DNA of 64,000 nucleotides, from the NCBI GenBank assembly GCA_034439575.1, contig JAWXAQ010000002.1, forward strand, positions 32,001 through 96,000. The letters run 5' to 3'. Below, piece by piece: positions 1 to 8,996 of the stretch. Under the pieces are notes generated by a model. The model had not been told where the DNA came from, searched no databases, and worked only from the letters and a program-made list of their open reading frames with translations. The translations under genes were made by a program, and so were the position numbers. The stretch's first letter is position 1. Every line of letters begins with the position of its first letter. The stretch is from Leptospira sp. (GTDB lineage: Bacteria > Spirochaetota > Leptospiria > Leptospirales > Leptospiraceae).

Positions 1-2
1 TA

Positions 3-116
3 AACTTACGTCCTCAAGTGATTGGTGAATCATTTTCTTTCGAAAATATGAAAGATGCATTAGAAAAATTTAAAAAAGGTAACACGATTGGTAAAATAAT
101 CATCAATGTTCCGTAG
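3..116 (+). CDS. 3' end of a gene entering from the left edge; probable MDR-family (zinc-binding dehydrogenase/quinone oxidoreductase) C-terminus
   Basis: Open frame NLRPQVIGESFSFENMKDALEKFKKGNTIGKIIINVP* resembles the typical MDR C-terminal pattern F..E...A......G...GKIII. Confidence 0.6.
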   Translation, partial: NLRPQVIGESFSFENMKDALEKFKKGNTIGKIIINVP

Positions 117-269
117 AATCAGTATTAGTTTGCAAAAAAATTAAAATAAATTCCTGTAAAAAATAAAATTTCTTTACATTAAAATTGATATGAATTAATT
201 ATGTCGTATCAAACTACTTTATCCGCCAAGGAATATGGTAGTTTGAAATTAAAGATAAGGACGATCACA

Positions 270-344
270 ATGGTTGCTAAAAAGAAAGCCGCAAAAAAGA
301 AAGCCGCTAAGAAAAAGGCCGCAAAGAAAAAAGCTAAGAAATAA
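270..344 (+). CDS. 24-aa Lys/Ala-rich histone-H1-like micro-protein (MVAKKKAAKKKAAKKKAAKKKAKK)
   Basis: AAGGA RBS at 257-261, ATG 270, TAA 342-344; repeat units differ only at synonymous third positions; terminator downstream. Confidence 0.8.
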   Translation: MVAKKKAAKKKAAKKKAAKKKAKK

Positions 345-390
345 CCTTAGCAAGTTTCTTCCTCCGATGTTGTCGGAGTAAGATTGTGTG

Positions 391-415
391 AACCCGCAAG
401 ACCTGCGGGTTTTTT
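391..415 (+). terminator. Intrinsic terminator after the micro-protein gene
   Basis: AACCCGCA-agacc-TGCGGGTT stem followed by T-run. Confidence 0.85.
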
Positions 416-433
416 CATTTATAGACGCATTAA

Positions 434-1015
434 TTATGCGATCGCTCTTGTAAATCCTCGCCTTGGACTATAAAATCCTGATTTTTTTTCATAATTTGGT
501 CTCTCAATCCCAATAAATTGAAAGTGATCTTTCTTATTTATCGAATGAAAGAGTGATTTAAGTAGAGAATCCATGTTAGGGTGCGCTACATTCTTATAAA
601 CTTTCTTTGATGCATCCTTTCCCCATATTTCCAAATGGTCAGATTCAGGTAATTTAATGATCAAAGAAGGCAAATCATAACGCTTCATTAAGATATGACA
701 GGTATCTTCAAATCCGGCTTCAGTGATCGTTGTTTGGTCAAAGAAGGTTAAGAGATATAATATTGCGGCTTGTTCCACCGATCCGCTATCATCAGCGACT
801 TTTTGTAAGCCATCCAACACAAGATACCGCAATTTTTTTGATTGAAGCCATAACTTTTGGTCTTCATGGCGCTTGAGATTTACTTCTTCTGAAAATCTTT
901 TTTGAAAAACAGTTGCGAGAAAGAATCCTGTGGAATCATTTCGATCCGCTATAATTCTTTCCAATTCAAAAGGTTCGAATTCTAAATTGAAGTATTTACT
1001 GTAAGTATCTGCCAT
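434..1015 (-). CDS. Hypothetical protein
   Basis: 193-aa ORF, co-oriented with upstream genes; no recognised motif. Confidence 0.7.
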   Translation of the reverse strand: MADTYSKYFNLEFEPFELERIIADRNDSTGFFLATVFQKRFSEEVNLKRHEDQKLWLQSKKLRYLVLDGLQKVADDSGSVEQAAILYLLTFFDQTTITEAGFEDTCHILMKRYDLPSLIIKLPESDHLEIWGKDASKKVYKNVAHPNMDSLLKSLFHSINKKDHFQFIGIERPNYEKKSGFYSPRRGFTRAIA

Positions 1016-1064
1016 ATCACTTATAGTAACGGACAGATGTTAAGAATAGATCGTAAAATTATAA

Positions 1065-2207
1065 TTAGAATTCTAACATTCTTCGTTCTGAATCATGAAT
1101 AAAAGTGAATCCTTCCTTTTTCCATGTATCCCAAAATTTAGCTGAACCTTCTCTCATAAAACAAATCCTTTCTTCCGTTGAGATGGGAGTTAAAACTAAA
1201 AAATTTACTCTCTTCCCATTTTCAGAAACAAGTCCATGCAATTGTGGAAGAGATAGATTTGTATTTGTATCCAATTCATCTGTAATATTATTAAATACAA
1301 ACCAATTGAAATCTAAGTACAATTGGTCTGGATCTTTTCTTGGATTTTGTATTGTGTGCGAATGACCAAACCAAATGCCCGTATTCCAAGGAAATTTTAT
1401 CATTTCACCAAGTGCATGTTGGATCCATTGTTCTGAATGATCTTCCGAATTTTCTAATAATTTAATAGCGAAAACAAGTTCAATGCGTGCGAAGTCTTCA
1501 AATTGTTTATGATACAACTCAACACTCGGTTGGTTTTGTACGCTCATACCTATCGTTGAAAAAACTCTAACACCAGGAAATTCTTTTGGATAAAAAGAAG
1601 CGATACCAAGTGATGGATAAGCTCCGCCATCTGCTGACCAATACTTATCATGTTTGCCGAGTTTTGATTCTAAAAATTCTAATCGTAGAGTTTGTGCTTT
1701 TTTCCAATGATCTTTTTTGGATACATCTTCCCAAAACTTTCGCGAAGCCTTCACACGTTCCGCAATGACACCATTCTCTGTATCACCTAAAGGAGATGCG
1801 GTGAGGGCTGTCTCTTTAGCTTCCTTGGCATAACCTTGGATGCCTTTGATGCCTGACCAAGGAGGAAGGTATGCATACAATTCATCTTTCACAAATAAAG
1901 CTACTGCATCACCTTCCTCGGCCCATATAAAATGAATTTCATCTTCTGTTAAACTGGGAAGCGCTTTTGGATGATTTAGTTCTGATGCAATGAGTATAGG
2001 TGCGAGTCCTTTTTGAAAATCATCAGGATCCCTTTCAATGGGAGCATCAATTAGATTTCTGATCCATAGTGATTTCATTTTCCATTCGGGATTGTTATGA
2101 GATTGTAAGTATAAATAAATCGTCCTTCCATCATCTTCTAAGAAGGCAGTGAAAGAACCGTAGGGATTTGCCTCTTGGTAGAGGACCTTTGGTTGATTTG
2201 GATTCAT
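1065..2207 (-). CDS. Suppressor-of-fused (SUFU) domain protein
   Basis: C-terminal STIGMS...RIELVFAI...W.GHSHTI...FLVLTPISTEE pattern of SUFU domains. Confidence 0.75.
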   Translation of the reverse strand: MNPNQPKVLYQEANPYGSFTAFLEDDGRTIYLYLQSHNNPEWKMKSLWIRNLIDAPIERDPDDFQKGLAPILIASELNHPKALPSLTEDEIHFIWAEEGDAVALFVKDELYAYLPPWSGIKGIQGYAKEAKETALTASPLGDTENGVIAERVKASRKFWEDVSKKDHWKKAQTLRLEFLESKLGKHDKYWSADGGAYPSLGIASFYPKEFPGVRVFSTIGMSVQNQPSVELYHKQFEDFARIELVFAIKLLENSEDHSEQWIQHALGEMIKFPWNTGIWFGHSHTIQNPRKDPDQLYLDFNWFVFNNITDELDTNTNLSLPQLHGLVSENGKRVNFLVLTPISTEERICFMREGSAKFWDTWKKEGFTFIHDSERRMLEF

Positions 2208-2485
2208 TAAAATTTATGTGGGACGATTCTCTTTTTAAAATTTTCAATCAAACGATGGATTTCTTTATCCATATCTTTTTCAAAATAAATATCTGGAGCA
2301 TAAGAAGAGGCATTGCGTAGGCCAATGAGTTCTGGTTCATTCCACTTGCGATACGTTTTTAAAGAAGTCCATACCTCATCAGAAATGGGCAGAGATTGTT
2401 TTTTCGCATCGAGAAATGATTGAACAGTGCGTGTAGGAGTCATACTACCGTATAGGTTTTGTGATCTTTCTTCTTCTTCCAACAA
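2207..2485 (-). CDS. Small hypothetical protein
   Basis: 92-aa ORF whose stop overlaps the SUFU start (TAATG coupling). Confidence 0.6.
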   Translation of the reverse strand: MLEEEERSQNLYGSMTPTRTVQSFLDAKKQSLPISDEVWTSLKTYRKWNEPELIGLRNASSYAPDIYFEKDMDKEIHRLIENFKKRIVPHKF

Positions 2486-2570
2486 AAAATTATAGTTCTA
2501 TAGGGATTTATTTTCTACAAAATAGCAAGAATCGGGTTTTGATCCATTTCAATTTCTGTATAATGAAAAT

Positions 2571-3419
2571 ATGAAAGAAAATTCTTCTGAAAATTTCAAA
2601 CGAATTGAAGAGGCAATTCATTACCTTCGCAATCATTTTCAAGAACAACCAAATTTGGATGAGGTTGCGGCAGAGATTGATCTGAGTCCTTTCCATTTCC
2701 AAAGACTTTTTACCGAATGGGCTGGCGTTAGTCCGAAAAAATTTTTACAGTACATTACCATTAATTATGCGAAAGATAAATTAAAATCAGAGAATATAAC
2801 TTTATTTGATACGGCACTCGATGTAGGACTATCGGGAACGAGTCGGCTCCATGATTTGTTTGTAAATATTGAAGGCATGACTCCAGGTGAATATAAAAAC
2901 GGTGGAGAATTGTTAAAAATAAATTATAGCCTCACGGAGAGTCCTTTCGGAAATATTTTTTGTGCCTCCACATCTCGTGGGATTTGCCACCTGTCTTTTG
3001 TTAAAGATGAATCACAATCTTATCTTGAATTAGTAAACCTATTTCCAAATGCCAAATTTTACCAAGCGGTAGACCCACATCATACCAATGCCTTAAAATT
3101 ATTTTCAGAAAACTGGACGGATCTAAATCAGATCAAATTACATTTAAAGGGAACTGCATTTCAAATCAAAGTGTGGGAAGCACTCCTTCGTATTCCTTTA
3201 GGCGAATTGACAACATATGGACAACTCGCAAAAAGTATAGATAAACCGAGAGCCTCAAGGGCCGTAGGTTCTGCGATAGGTGACAATCCTGTTGCCTATT
3301 TGATTCCTTGTCACCGAGTGATTCAATCTACAGGTAATTTTGGACAATACCATTGGGGGAGTGATCGTAAAGTAGCTATGATTGGTTGGGAAGCAGCACA
3401 ATGCGAATTGGTAAATTGA
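2571..3419 (+). CDS. AraC-HTH + methylated-DNA-protein-cysteine methyltransferase (Ada-like, lacking the N-terminal Zn domain)
   Basis: LSPFHFQRLF..WAGVSPK HTH; GTAFQIKVWEAL, RAVGSA and PCHRV active site. Confidence 0.92.
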   Translation: MKENSSENFKRIEEAIHYLRNHFQEQPNLDEVAAEIDLSPFHFQRLFTEWAGVSPKKFLQYITINYAKDKLKSENITLFDTALDVGLSGTSRLHDLFVNIEGMTPGEYKNGGELLKINYSLTESPFGNIFCASTSRGICHLSFVKDESQSYLELVNLFPNAKFYQAVDPHHTNALKLFSENWTDLNQIKLHLKGTAFQIKVWEALLRIPLGELTTYGQLAKSIDKPRASRAVGSAIGDNPVAYLIPCHRVIQSTGNFGQYHWGSDRKVAMIGWEAAQCELVN

Positions 3420-3524
3420 ATTGATAAATTTAAATTTTATCATCATTCGCAATAAATTTGGTTCAGATAAAATTAGTATCATCAAAAGTATAAATTCTAA
3501 TTCAGATAAAAATAATTATACCAA

Positions 3525-4130
3525 ATGTCAGATTTATTCCCGATAGATAGAAATGTAAACTTGCTCCCGTTTGGTGGTATTGTAAATTACTTTGGTCCGA
3601 TTTTGAATGCGGAAGAATCCTCTCTTTTACTAAATTCCCTATTAAATGAAACACCTTGGAAATATGATGAAGCTGTAATATTTGGCAAACACATTTATAC
3701 AAAACGGAAAGTTGCCTGGTTTGGTGACGCTGGATTTTCTTATCATTATTCTGGCATTGAAAGAAAAGCCATACCATGGACGGATCTTTTATTAAACCTA
3801 AAAAGCAAAATTGAAACGTATGCTGGTGATACGTTTAATTCTTGTTTATTGAATTTATATCATGATGGAGATGAAGGAATGGCTTGGCATAGTGACGATG
3901 AAAAAGAACTAGGAAAGGATACAACCATCGCATCCTTAACATTAGGTGCAGAAAGAAGATTTTTGTTTCGTCATAAAATTAACAGAACAACAATTACGGT
4001 TCATTTAGAGAATGGAAGTTTGTTACTCATGAAAGGAGAAACACAAACGAATTGGTTACATTCATTGCCTAAAATGAGGCGAGTTAAATCTCCACGTATC
4101 AATTTGACGTTTCGGAAGTATGGGAAATGA
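3525..4130 (+). CDS. alkB: AlkB-family 2OG-Fe(II) dioxygenase (ALKBH2/3-like)
   Basis: NSCLLNLY, WHSDDE (HxD), WLHSLPK, RINLTFR motifs. Confidence 0.92.
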   Translation: MSDLFPIDRNVNLLPFGGIVNYFGPILNAEESSLLLNSLLNETPWKYDEAVIFGKHIYTKRKVAWFGDAGFSYHYSGIERKAIPWTDLLLNLKSKIETYAGDTFNSCLLNLYHDGDEGMAWHSDDEKELGKDTTIASLTLGAERRFLFRHKINRTTITVHLENGSLLLMKGETQTNWLHSLPKMRRVKSPRINLTFRKYGK

Positions 4131-4229
4131 TGTCTTACCTTTGTTAAAAGTTTTATTTGTAGGAATAGGCTCCGCATTACACAGAGCCCAATAATTTTAA
4201 ACTTTATAATATAAAATAATATTTAAAAA

Positions 4230-4985
4230 TCAATGACCTACCATCGTATGCGAGAGAAGAAAAAATCCGATCAACAACAAACTTTGTGCGATAAGGTAGG
4301 TGATCCAAGGCACTTGGAATTCCCAAACAGGATGTCTTCCTCCGTGAATGGTTGTCTCACCCATCACAGCATCAGAAAGTAAAAATACGAGCCCACCTAA
4401 CATAAGAAAAATCCAATACCCACCAAAAGCGATAAAGGCATTCACAGCGAGAGAGACGAAAAAACATAGAACGAGTCCATAGACAAAAGCAAAAATCATA
4501 ATCGGTTTTGGTCTTTTGGGATTATAAACACGGAAATAAAAGATAACAGCAGGCAATATCAAAAAAACCAAAGTGACCACATATGGAATGACTCCCGTAT
4601 AAACAGAATTCCAAGGTGTTAGCTGAAAAAATGCAGAGATATAAAATAACTGAGCCATAGCAAAACTCACAATGCCACCTATCAAAGGTTCACCGTTATT
4701 TTTAAGTGCTACGGGAAAGTGTAAATTAAACCAATCCCCTAGAATAGAAAATCCAACCGCAAAGAGAGGTGCAAGAAATACAGACTTACCTAAGTAAAAA
4801 AGTAAGCCCGCAAATATTACAATCTGAAAGGAAAAACCCAAATAGACACCTCTTGAAATTTCAAGGCGTGCCTTTCCTGTTGTTACCGAACGGAGAGTAA
4901 ACCAATGGATAAAAAAAGCAGAAACAACTGCAATAGGGATGGAAGCAAGGACTGCATAGTATGTCATACAAGACCTAGCTTCCAT
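4230..4985 (-). CDS. YhhN-family membrane protein (lysoplasmalogenase-like); start may be 4967
   Basis: Multiple TM segments; FSILGD, FLLSD and TYLIAQ motifs. Confidence 0.75.
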   Translation of the reverse strand: MEARSCMTYYAVLASIPIAVVSAFFIHWFTLRSVTTGKARLEISRGVYLGFSFQIVIFAGLLFYLGKSVFLAPLFAVGFSILGDWFNLHFPVALKNNGEPLIGGIVSFAMAQLFYISAFFQLTPWNSVYTGVIPYVVTLVFLILPAVIFYFRVYNPKRPKPIMIFAFVYGLVLCFFVSLAVNAFIAFGGYWIFLMLGGLVFLLSDAVMGETTIHGGRHPVWEFQVPWITYLIAQSLLLIGFFLLSHTMVGH

Positions 4986-5022
4986 TTAATATTTGATACT
5001 GGCAATAGAATTAATTTGAATT

Positions 5023-8000
5023 TTATCTCAGGAATAAACCTAATTGATTGTTGTTTAAAGAATTTGTTGTAACTACTGCAATTCTTGCATTTAAAGAATC
5101 AATAACCAAATTTCCTGAATAACCGCTCGAATTAATCCCCGTCGAGATATCAACTGTCGCCTCATTCCCCCCATCCAAGTCACAATAAAATAATTGTGGA
5201 CGATTATTTATACTTTCTGTTCCGACTATGAACAATTTACTATTCACAGAATCAATTTTGGCTGATATGTTGGTATTTGAACTTGAACTAAATATTATAC
5301 CAGATGAGATATCTTTATGCGTACAATTGCTTCCATCTAAATTACATCGAAAGAGACTAAGTTTATTCCCAAGGGCTTGATTTTTAGTTGTAATTAATAG
5401 TTTAGAATTAATTACATCTACATTTATGTAAGGTGAATATCCTGAATCAGAACCTTGCCCTGATGAAACATCCGTATGCGTACAATTATTACCGAGTAAG
5501 TCGCAAAGAATTAAACTAGGCTTATTGTTATTTGTTCCATTTCGAGTCACTATTACAATTTTATTTGAAATAGGATCAATCGTTGCATTTATTTCTGAAG
5601 AAATCAATGTTCCAAAAGCTAAACCGTGGTTCAATGTTTTTCCAACACAATTGGTTCCATCTAAATTACATCTAGAATAGATGATATTTTGAGAATTACC
5701 TGATCGTGAAACCATAATTAGTTTATTATAGAACGAATCCATGAGTAATGTCGGTTTGTAAGATACTCCCGTACCTCCAGAAATGTTTTGATTCGTACAA
5801 TTAGTACCATCTAAATCACAACGGAATAGTGATATATTAAAAGAACTACCACCATTAGTTCCAGCAATTAATAGTTTTTGATTGACGTTGTCAACTACGA
5901 GGAATGGGTCATAAGCAGTCGCGTTAGCTTGACCAGCTGAAATATCACTGTGGGTACAATTTGTACCATCTAAATCACAAATAAATAGACTAGGTTTACT
6001 TCCATTGGCGCTATTCCTTGTAGCAGTAATTAATTTTTGATTAAAATAATCAATTTTTGCATTTGGTTCCCCTCCAGATGAGGATCCTTGGTTTAGTGAA
6101 ATATCTACATAACTTCCAGTAGCACTTAATCCCATTGGCGTAGGTGCAGTTAAAGCACTTCCTTCAAATGTACTTATGCTTCCTGTTCCCACTGAGTTTT
6201 CTGCCTGAACTCGAAAATAATACGTCGTGTTAGCTGATAATCCAGTTAACAAAACATTTGGATTAGTTATTCCAATTATTTTCGGAGAACTCGCATTGAC
6301 ACCTTGAGTTGAACTATAATAAATCGTATAGGCTGAAGCACCGGCAGATTGCATCCATTCAAGAAAAATGTTAGTTCCACTGCCAGTCGCAACGATATTA
6401 TTAGGTGAACTTGGTACGCCGACGAAAAATGAAACGTCTAATTTTGTTCCAAGATTTAAGGCCATATCATTTGCTAAAACTTGTAATCGAATTAGACCAT
6501 CCGGTAAAGTAAAGGAACTTGAATATAAAGTACCAGTATTAAGGGAACCATTCGCTAAATAGCTTACTGTATCTGTCTCTCCAAGTGAATAAATAATATT
6601 TTTACACCCAGACCCATTCGTATCTGTACACTGTAAGGTGACCTGTGTACCTGATGGAAAAGGGCCAGGTCCAGTCGGCGAAACTATGCTCACAACGGGT
6701 ATTACACTGTCTTTATGTATCGTCCTGGTTATTGAACCTTCAACTCCAAAAGAAGTTGTAAAACAAATGCGTATTGTATTGTCTCCTTCGGCAAACAAGG
6801 CTTTGTTCATATTGGATGATCTAGAAATATTTGCGGCAACAGATCCTACTACATTTGAATTAGGTGCTCCTACGGTAAATGCCGTCCCCGTTGTGCAATC
6901 CGTACCACCAATCCTTAATTGATAATTTCCGGCCTTATTACTTTTCCAGTTGATATTCGGGTTCACAGTTCCTTTAACAAGACTTGTCACTGAATTTACC
7001 GTAATAACGGGAAGGTCAGAATCAACAACGTAGGTTTGTAAATTAATAGCAGATACGTTTCCAGCTGAATCTCTAGCTTGGAATTTGAGGGAAGTCGTCG
7101 TAAGATTGGCCATAGTAATCGCCGTATAACCATAAGCAGTGCCTGTCGTAATGACTCCAGTTACTGGATCAAATACAGGATCGGGTGCAACACCTGCTGT
7201 GTTTGTCGTATATACAATTCCATTACATCCAGATCCACCACCATCGGAACAACTCAGTGTGGGAGAAGGTTGAGTTCCATAGTTACCACTTCCGACGGAT
7301 GCAGAAACTGTCGGTGCCGTATCATCACGATAAACAGAGAAAGTAACTTCTGCTTTACGGCCGGCTTCGGAATTGAGACAAATTCTGTAATAATTGGTAC
7401 CTTCGCCAGTGAAGTCAGTGGCATCCCTAGTAAATGTATATTCAGTATCCGCAATGGCATTGCCTGACGCGAGAGTGACTCCATCGTTGCATGAATTGCT
7501 ACCGCTTCGTAATGTATAAGTCCCCGACTTCGATGACTTCCAGCGAGTTATAGATTGCGAAATTGCGCCAACATTTATACTTACACCTTTTGATGTTTGG
7601 CTAATGATTTGTATATTAGGCAAATTAGGATCGATAGTAAATACTTTCAAAATTTTACTTGAAACATTTCCACCTAGATCGCGACAAAAAGCTGTAACCG
7701 TATAATCACCATTTGCTGTTAACTTAAATTTACTATCTGCAGGATGACGAACAGTTCCATTTAAAGGCATAAAACTAGGGTTACTCGCATCGAGTGTATA
7801 AATAATATGTCCAGGTGCTTTGTCATCATTACATTGTAATGCGATTTCTGTTTCTGACGCATAAATTCCCGCTGGCGGATTTAAGGAAAGTGTAGGTGAA
7901 GATTTATCTTTTAACACATCTGAAGTGAGTGTGTCATTGGGAACTCCGTCGCTATCTGTATCAAATCCTAGAATATCACGTGACCCACTTAAAACTAAAA

Positions 8001-8445
8001 AAACAGGATTTCCTGAACCATTAGCACCTGTTCTAAGAACTCCACCACGCGAATTGACATTCAAAAAATATTCTGGATTTCCATCACCGTTTGTATCGAT
8101 AGAATCAGGTTTATTATCTGCGTTTAAATCAAGAGCTAGAATATTAGGAATCCCATCTCCTCGCAAATCGATCCCATCAGAGAATCCATCTCCACTTACA
8201 TCAATCCATGTTCCAGTGAAACTATTGTCGGAGGTAAGGCTAACACTCGTCCCAGGAGTTGTATCAATATCCGATGGCAACAGGAATAAACCTGCAAGTA
8301 GGTTTAAGGAATTTTGTGAACTCGGATTGATTAAATTCAGGAGTTGATCTTTTATAAAAACATTCGCTGAAGGCCAATACGTACAATTCGAAACTGAAAA
8401 TAATAAAAATATAGCAACTGTTAATTTATATAGAATTCTGTGCAT
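5023..8445 (-). CDS. Large surface lipoprotein: DxDxDG repeats, Fn3-associated/Ig-like domains, FN3, C-terminal Cys-pair repeat propeller
   Basis: GGGAG RBS before ATG 8445; lipobox SVSN-C; IIYTLDASNP-type motifs; LTGLSANTTYYFRVQAEN FN3; six CDLDGTNC-like repeats. Confidence 0.85.
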   Translation of the reverse strand: MHRILYKLTVAIFLLFSVSNCTYWPSANVFIKDQLLNLINPSSQNSLNLLAGLFLLPSDIDTTPGTSVSLTSDNSFTGTWIDVSGDGFSDGIDLRGDGIPNILALDLNADNKPDSIDTNGDGNPEYFLNVNSRGGVLRTGANGSGNPVFLVLSGSRDILGFDTDSDGVPNDTLTSDVLKDKSSPTLSLNPPAGIYASETEIALQCNDDKAPGHIIYTLDASNPSFMPLNGTVRHPADSKFKLTANGDYTVTAFCRDLGGNVSSKILKVFTIDPNLPNIQIISQTSKGVSINVGAISQSITRWKSSKSGTYTLRSGSNSCNDGVTLASGNAIADTEYTFTRDATDFTGEGTNYYRICLNSEAGRKAEVTFSVYRDDTAPTVSASVGSGNYGTQPSPTLSCSDGGGSGCNGIVYTTNTAGVAPDPVFDPVTGVITTGTAYGYTAITMANLTTTSLKFQARDSAGNVSAINLQTYVVDSDLPVITVNSVTSLVKGTVNPNINWKSNKAGNYQLRIGGTDCTTGTAFTVGAPNSNVVGSVAANISRSSNMNKALFAEGDNTIRICFTTSFGVEGSITRTIHKDSVIPVVSIVSPTGPGPFPSGTQVTLQCTDTNGSGCKNIIYSLGETDTVSYLANGSLNTGTLYSSSFTLPDGLIRLQVLANDMALNLGTKLDVSFFVGVPSSPNNIVATGSGTNIFLEWMQSAGASAYTIYYSSTQGVNASSPKIIGITNPNVLLTGLSANTTYYFRVQAENSVGTGSISTFEGSALTAPTPMGLSATGSYVDISLNQGSSSGGEPNAKIDYFNQKLITATRNSANGSKPSLFICDLDGTNCTHSDISAGQANATAYDPFLVVDNVNQKLLIAGTNGGSSFNISLFRCDLDGTNCTNQNISGGTGVSYKPTLLMDSFYNKLIMVSRSGNSQNIIYSRCNLDGTNCVGKTLNHGLAFGTLISSEINATIDPISNKIVIVTRNGTNNNKPSLILCDLLGNNCTHTDVSSGQGSDSGYSPYINVDVINSKLLITTKNQALGNKLSLFRCNLDGSNCTHKDISSGIIFSSSSNTNISAKIDSVNSKLFIVGTESINNRPQLFYCDLDGGNEATVDISTGINSSGYSGNLVIDSLNARIAVVTTNSLNNNQLGLFLR

Positions 8446-8460
8446 ACTAAGCTCCCACAC

Positions 8461-8489
8461 TTAGCCTTAGAAAAAATAATCTAGGCTAA
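8461..8489. promoter_or_regulatory. Hairpin just upstream of the large lipoprotein gene (terminator or regulatory)
   Basis: TTAGCC(T)TAGA...TCTAGGCTAA inverted repeat. Confidence 0.4.
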
Positions 8490-8652
8490 AATATGTTCCA
8501 ACATTTACTAAATTATAGTAAACTAGTGGCGAAATTTGGCACGTCTGATGGGAATAAAAATTTGCCTAATGTAATGGATTGGGCTAAAAAGTCCTTAAAT
8601 TTTGAATTTATTGTTCCAAATCGGACATAATACGAATGACTCAAGAATTCAG

Positions 8653-8964
8653 TTAAAAGCTAGGAATGGGCCAAGGGTTTTGACTTTCCTTATCGCAATT
8701 TTTTAAATCATTAAAGTAAGCAGCGCATTGAACAAGAATGAGGTTCATTGCATCATTTCTCTCCATCTCGGTTAGATTGGAATATAAGCCAATGATATGA
8801 TTGCAATTAGCAACCCTGTCCGCTATGCTGCTTTGGAAATCAAAAAGGCCGCCAGGTTTATCATTTTTACAAACATCTCTGCCTGAAGTGCCTGGCCCCA
8901 TTTTACAATTGGAAAAAAGAAATATTGAAAGAGAAAAAAGCAAAATAATATTTTGCATACTCAA
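8653..8964 (-). CDS. Small Cys-rich lipoprotein (likely ATG 8958)
   Basis: Hydrophobic signal ending FSN-C; four further Cys. Confidence 0.7.
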   Translation of the reverse strand: MSMQNIILLFSLSIFLFSNCKMGPGTSGRDVCKNDKPGGLFDFQSSIADRVANCNHIIGLYSNLTEMERNDAMNLILVQCAAYFNDLKNCDKESQNPWPIPSF

Positions 8965-8996
8965 CTCGATTTATTTATATTAAACAAGATAATCCC

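Noticed and set aside
279-341. 15-bp tandem repeat as CRISPR/VNTR
   Set aside because: No spacers or cas genes; variation is synonymous within an ORF, so it is treated as coding
6368-8347. Long antisense ORFs within repeat-rich lipoprotein genes (also near 12-14 kb, 39.9 kb, 50.5 kb, 52.5 kb)
   Set aside because: Shadow frames expected from Ser/Thr/Gly codon bias; no RBS or motifs
8536-8552. TTGGCAC sigma54 -24 element
   Set aside because: The -12 position reads ATGG rather than TTGC, and no + strand gene follows
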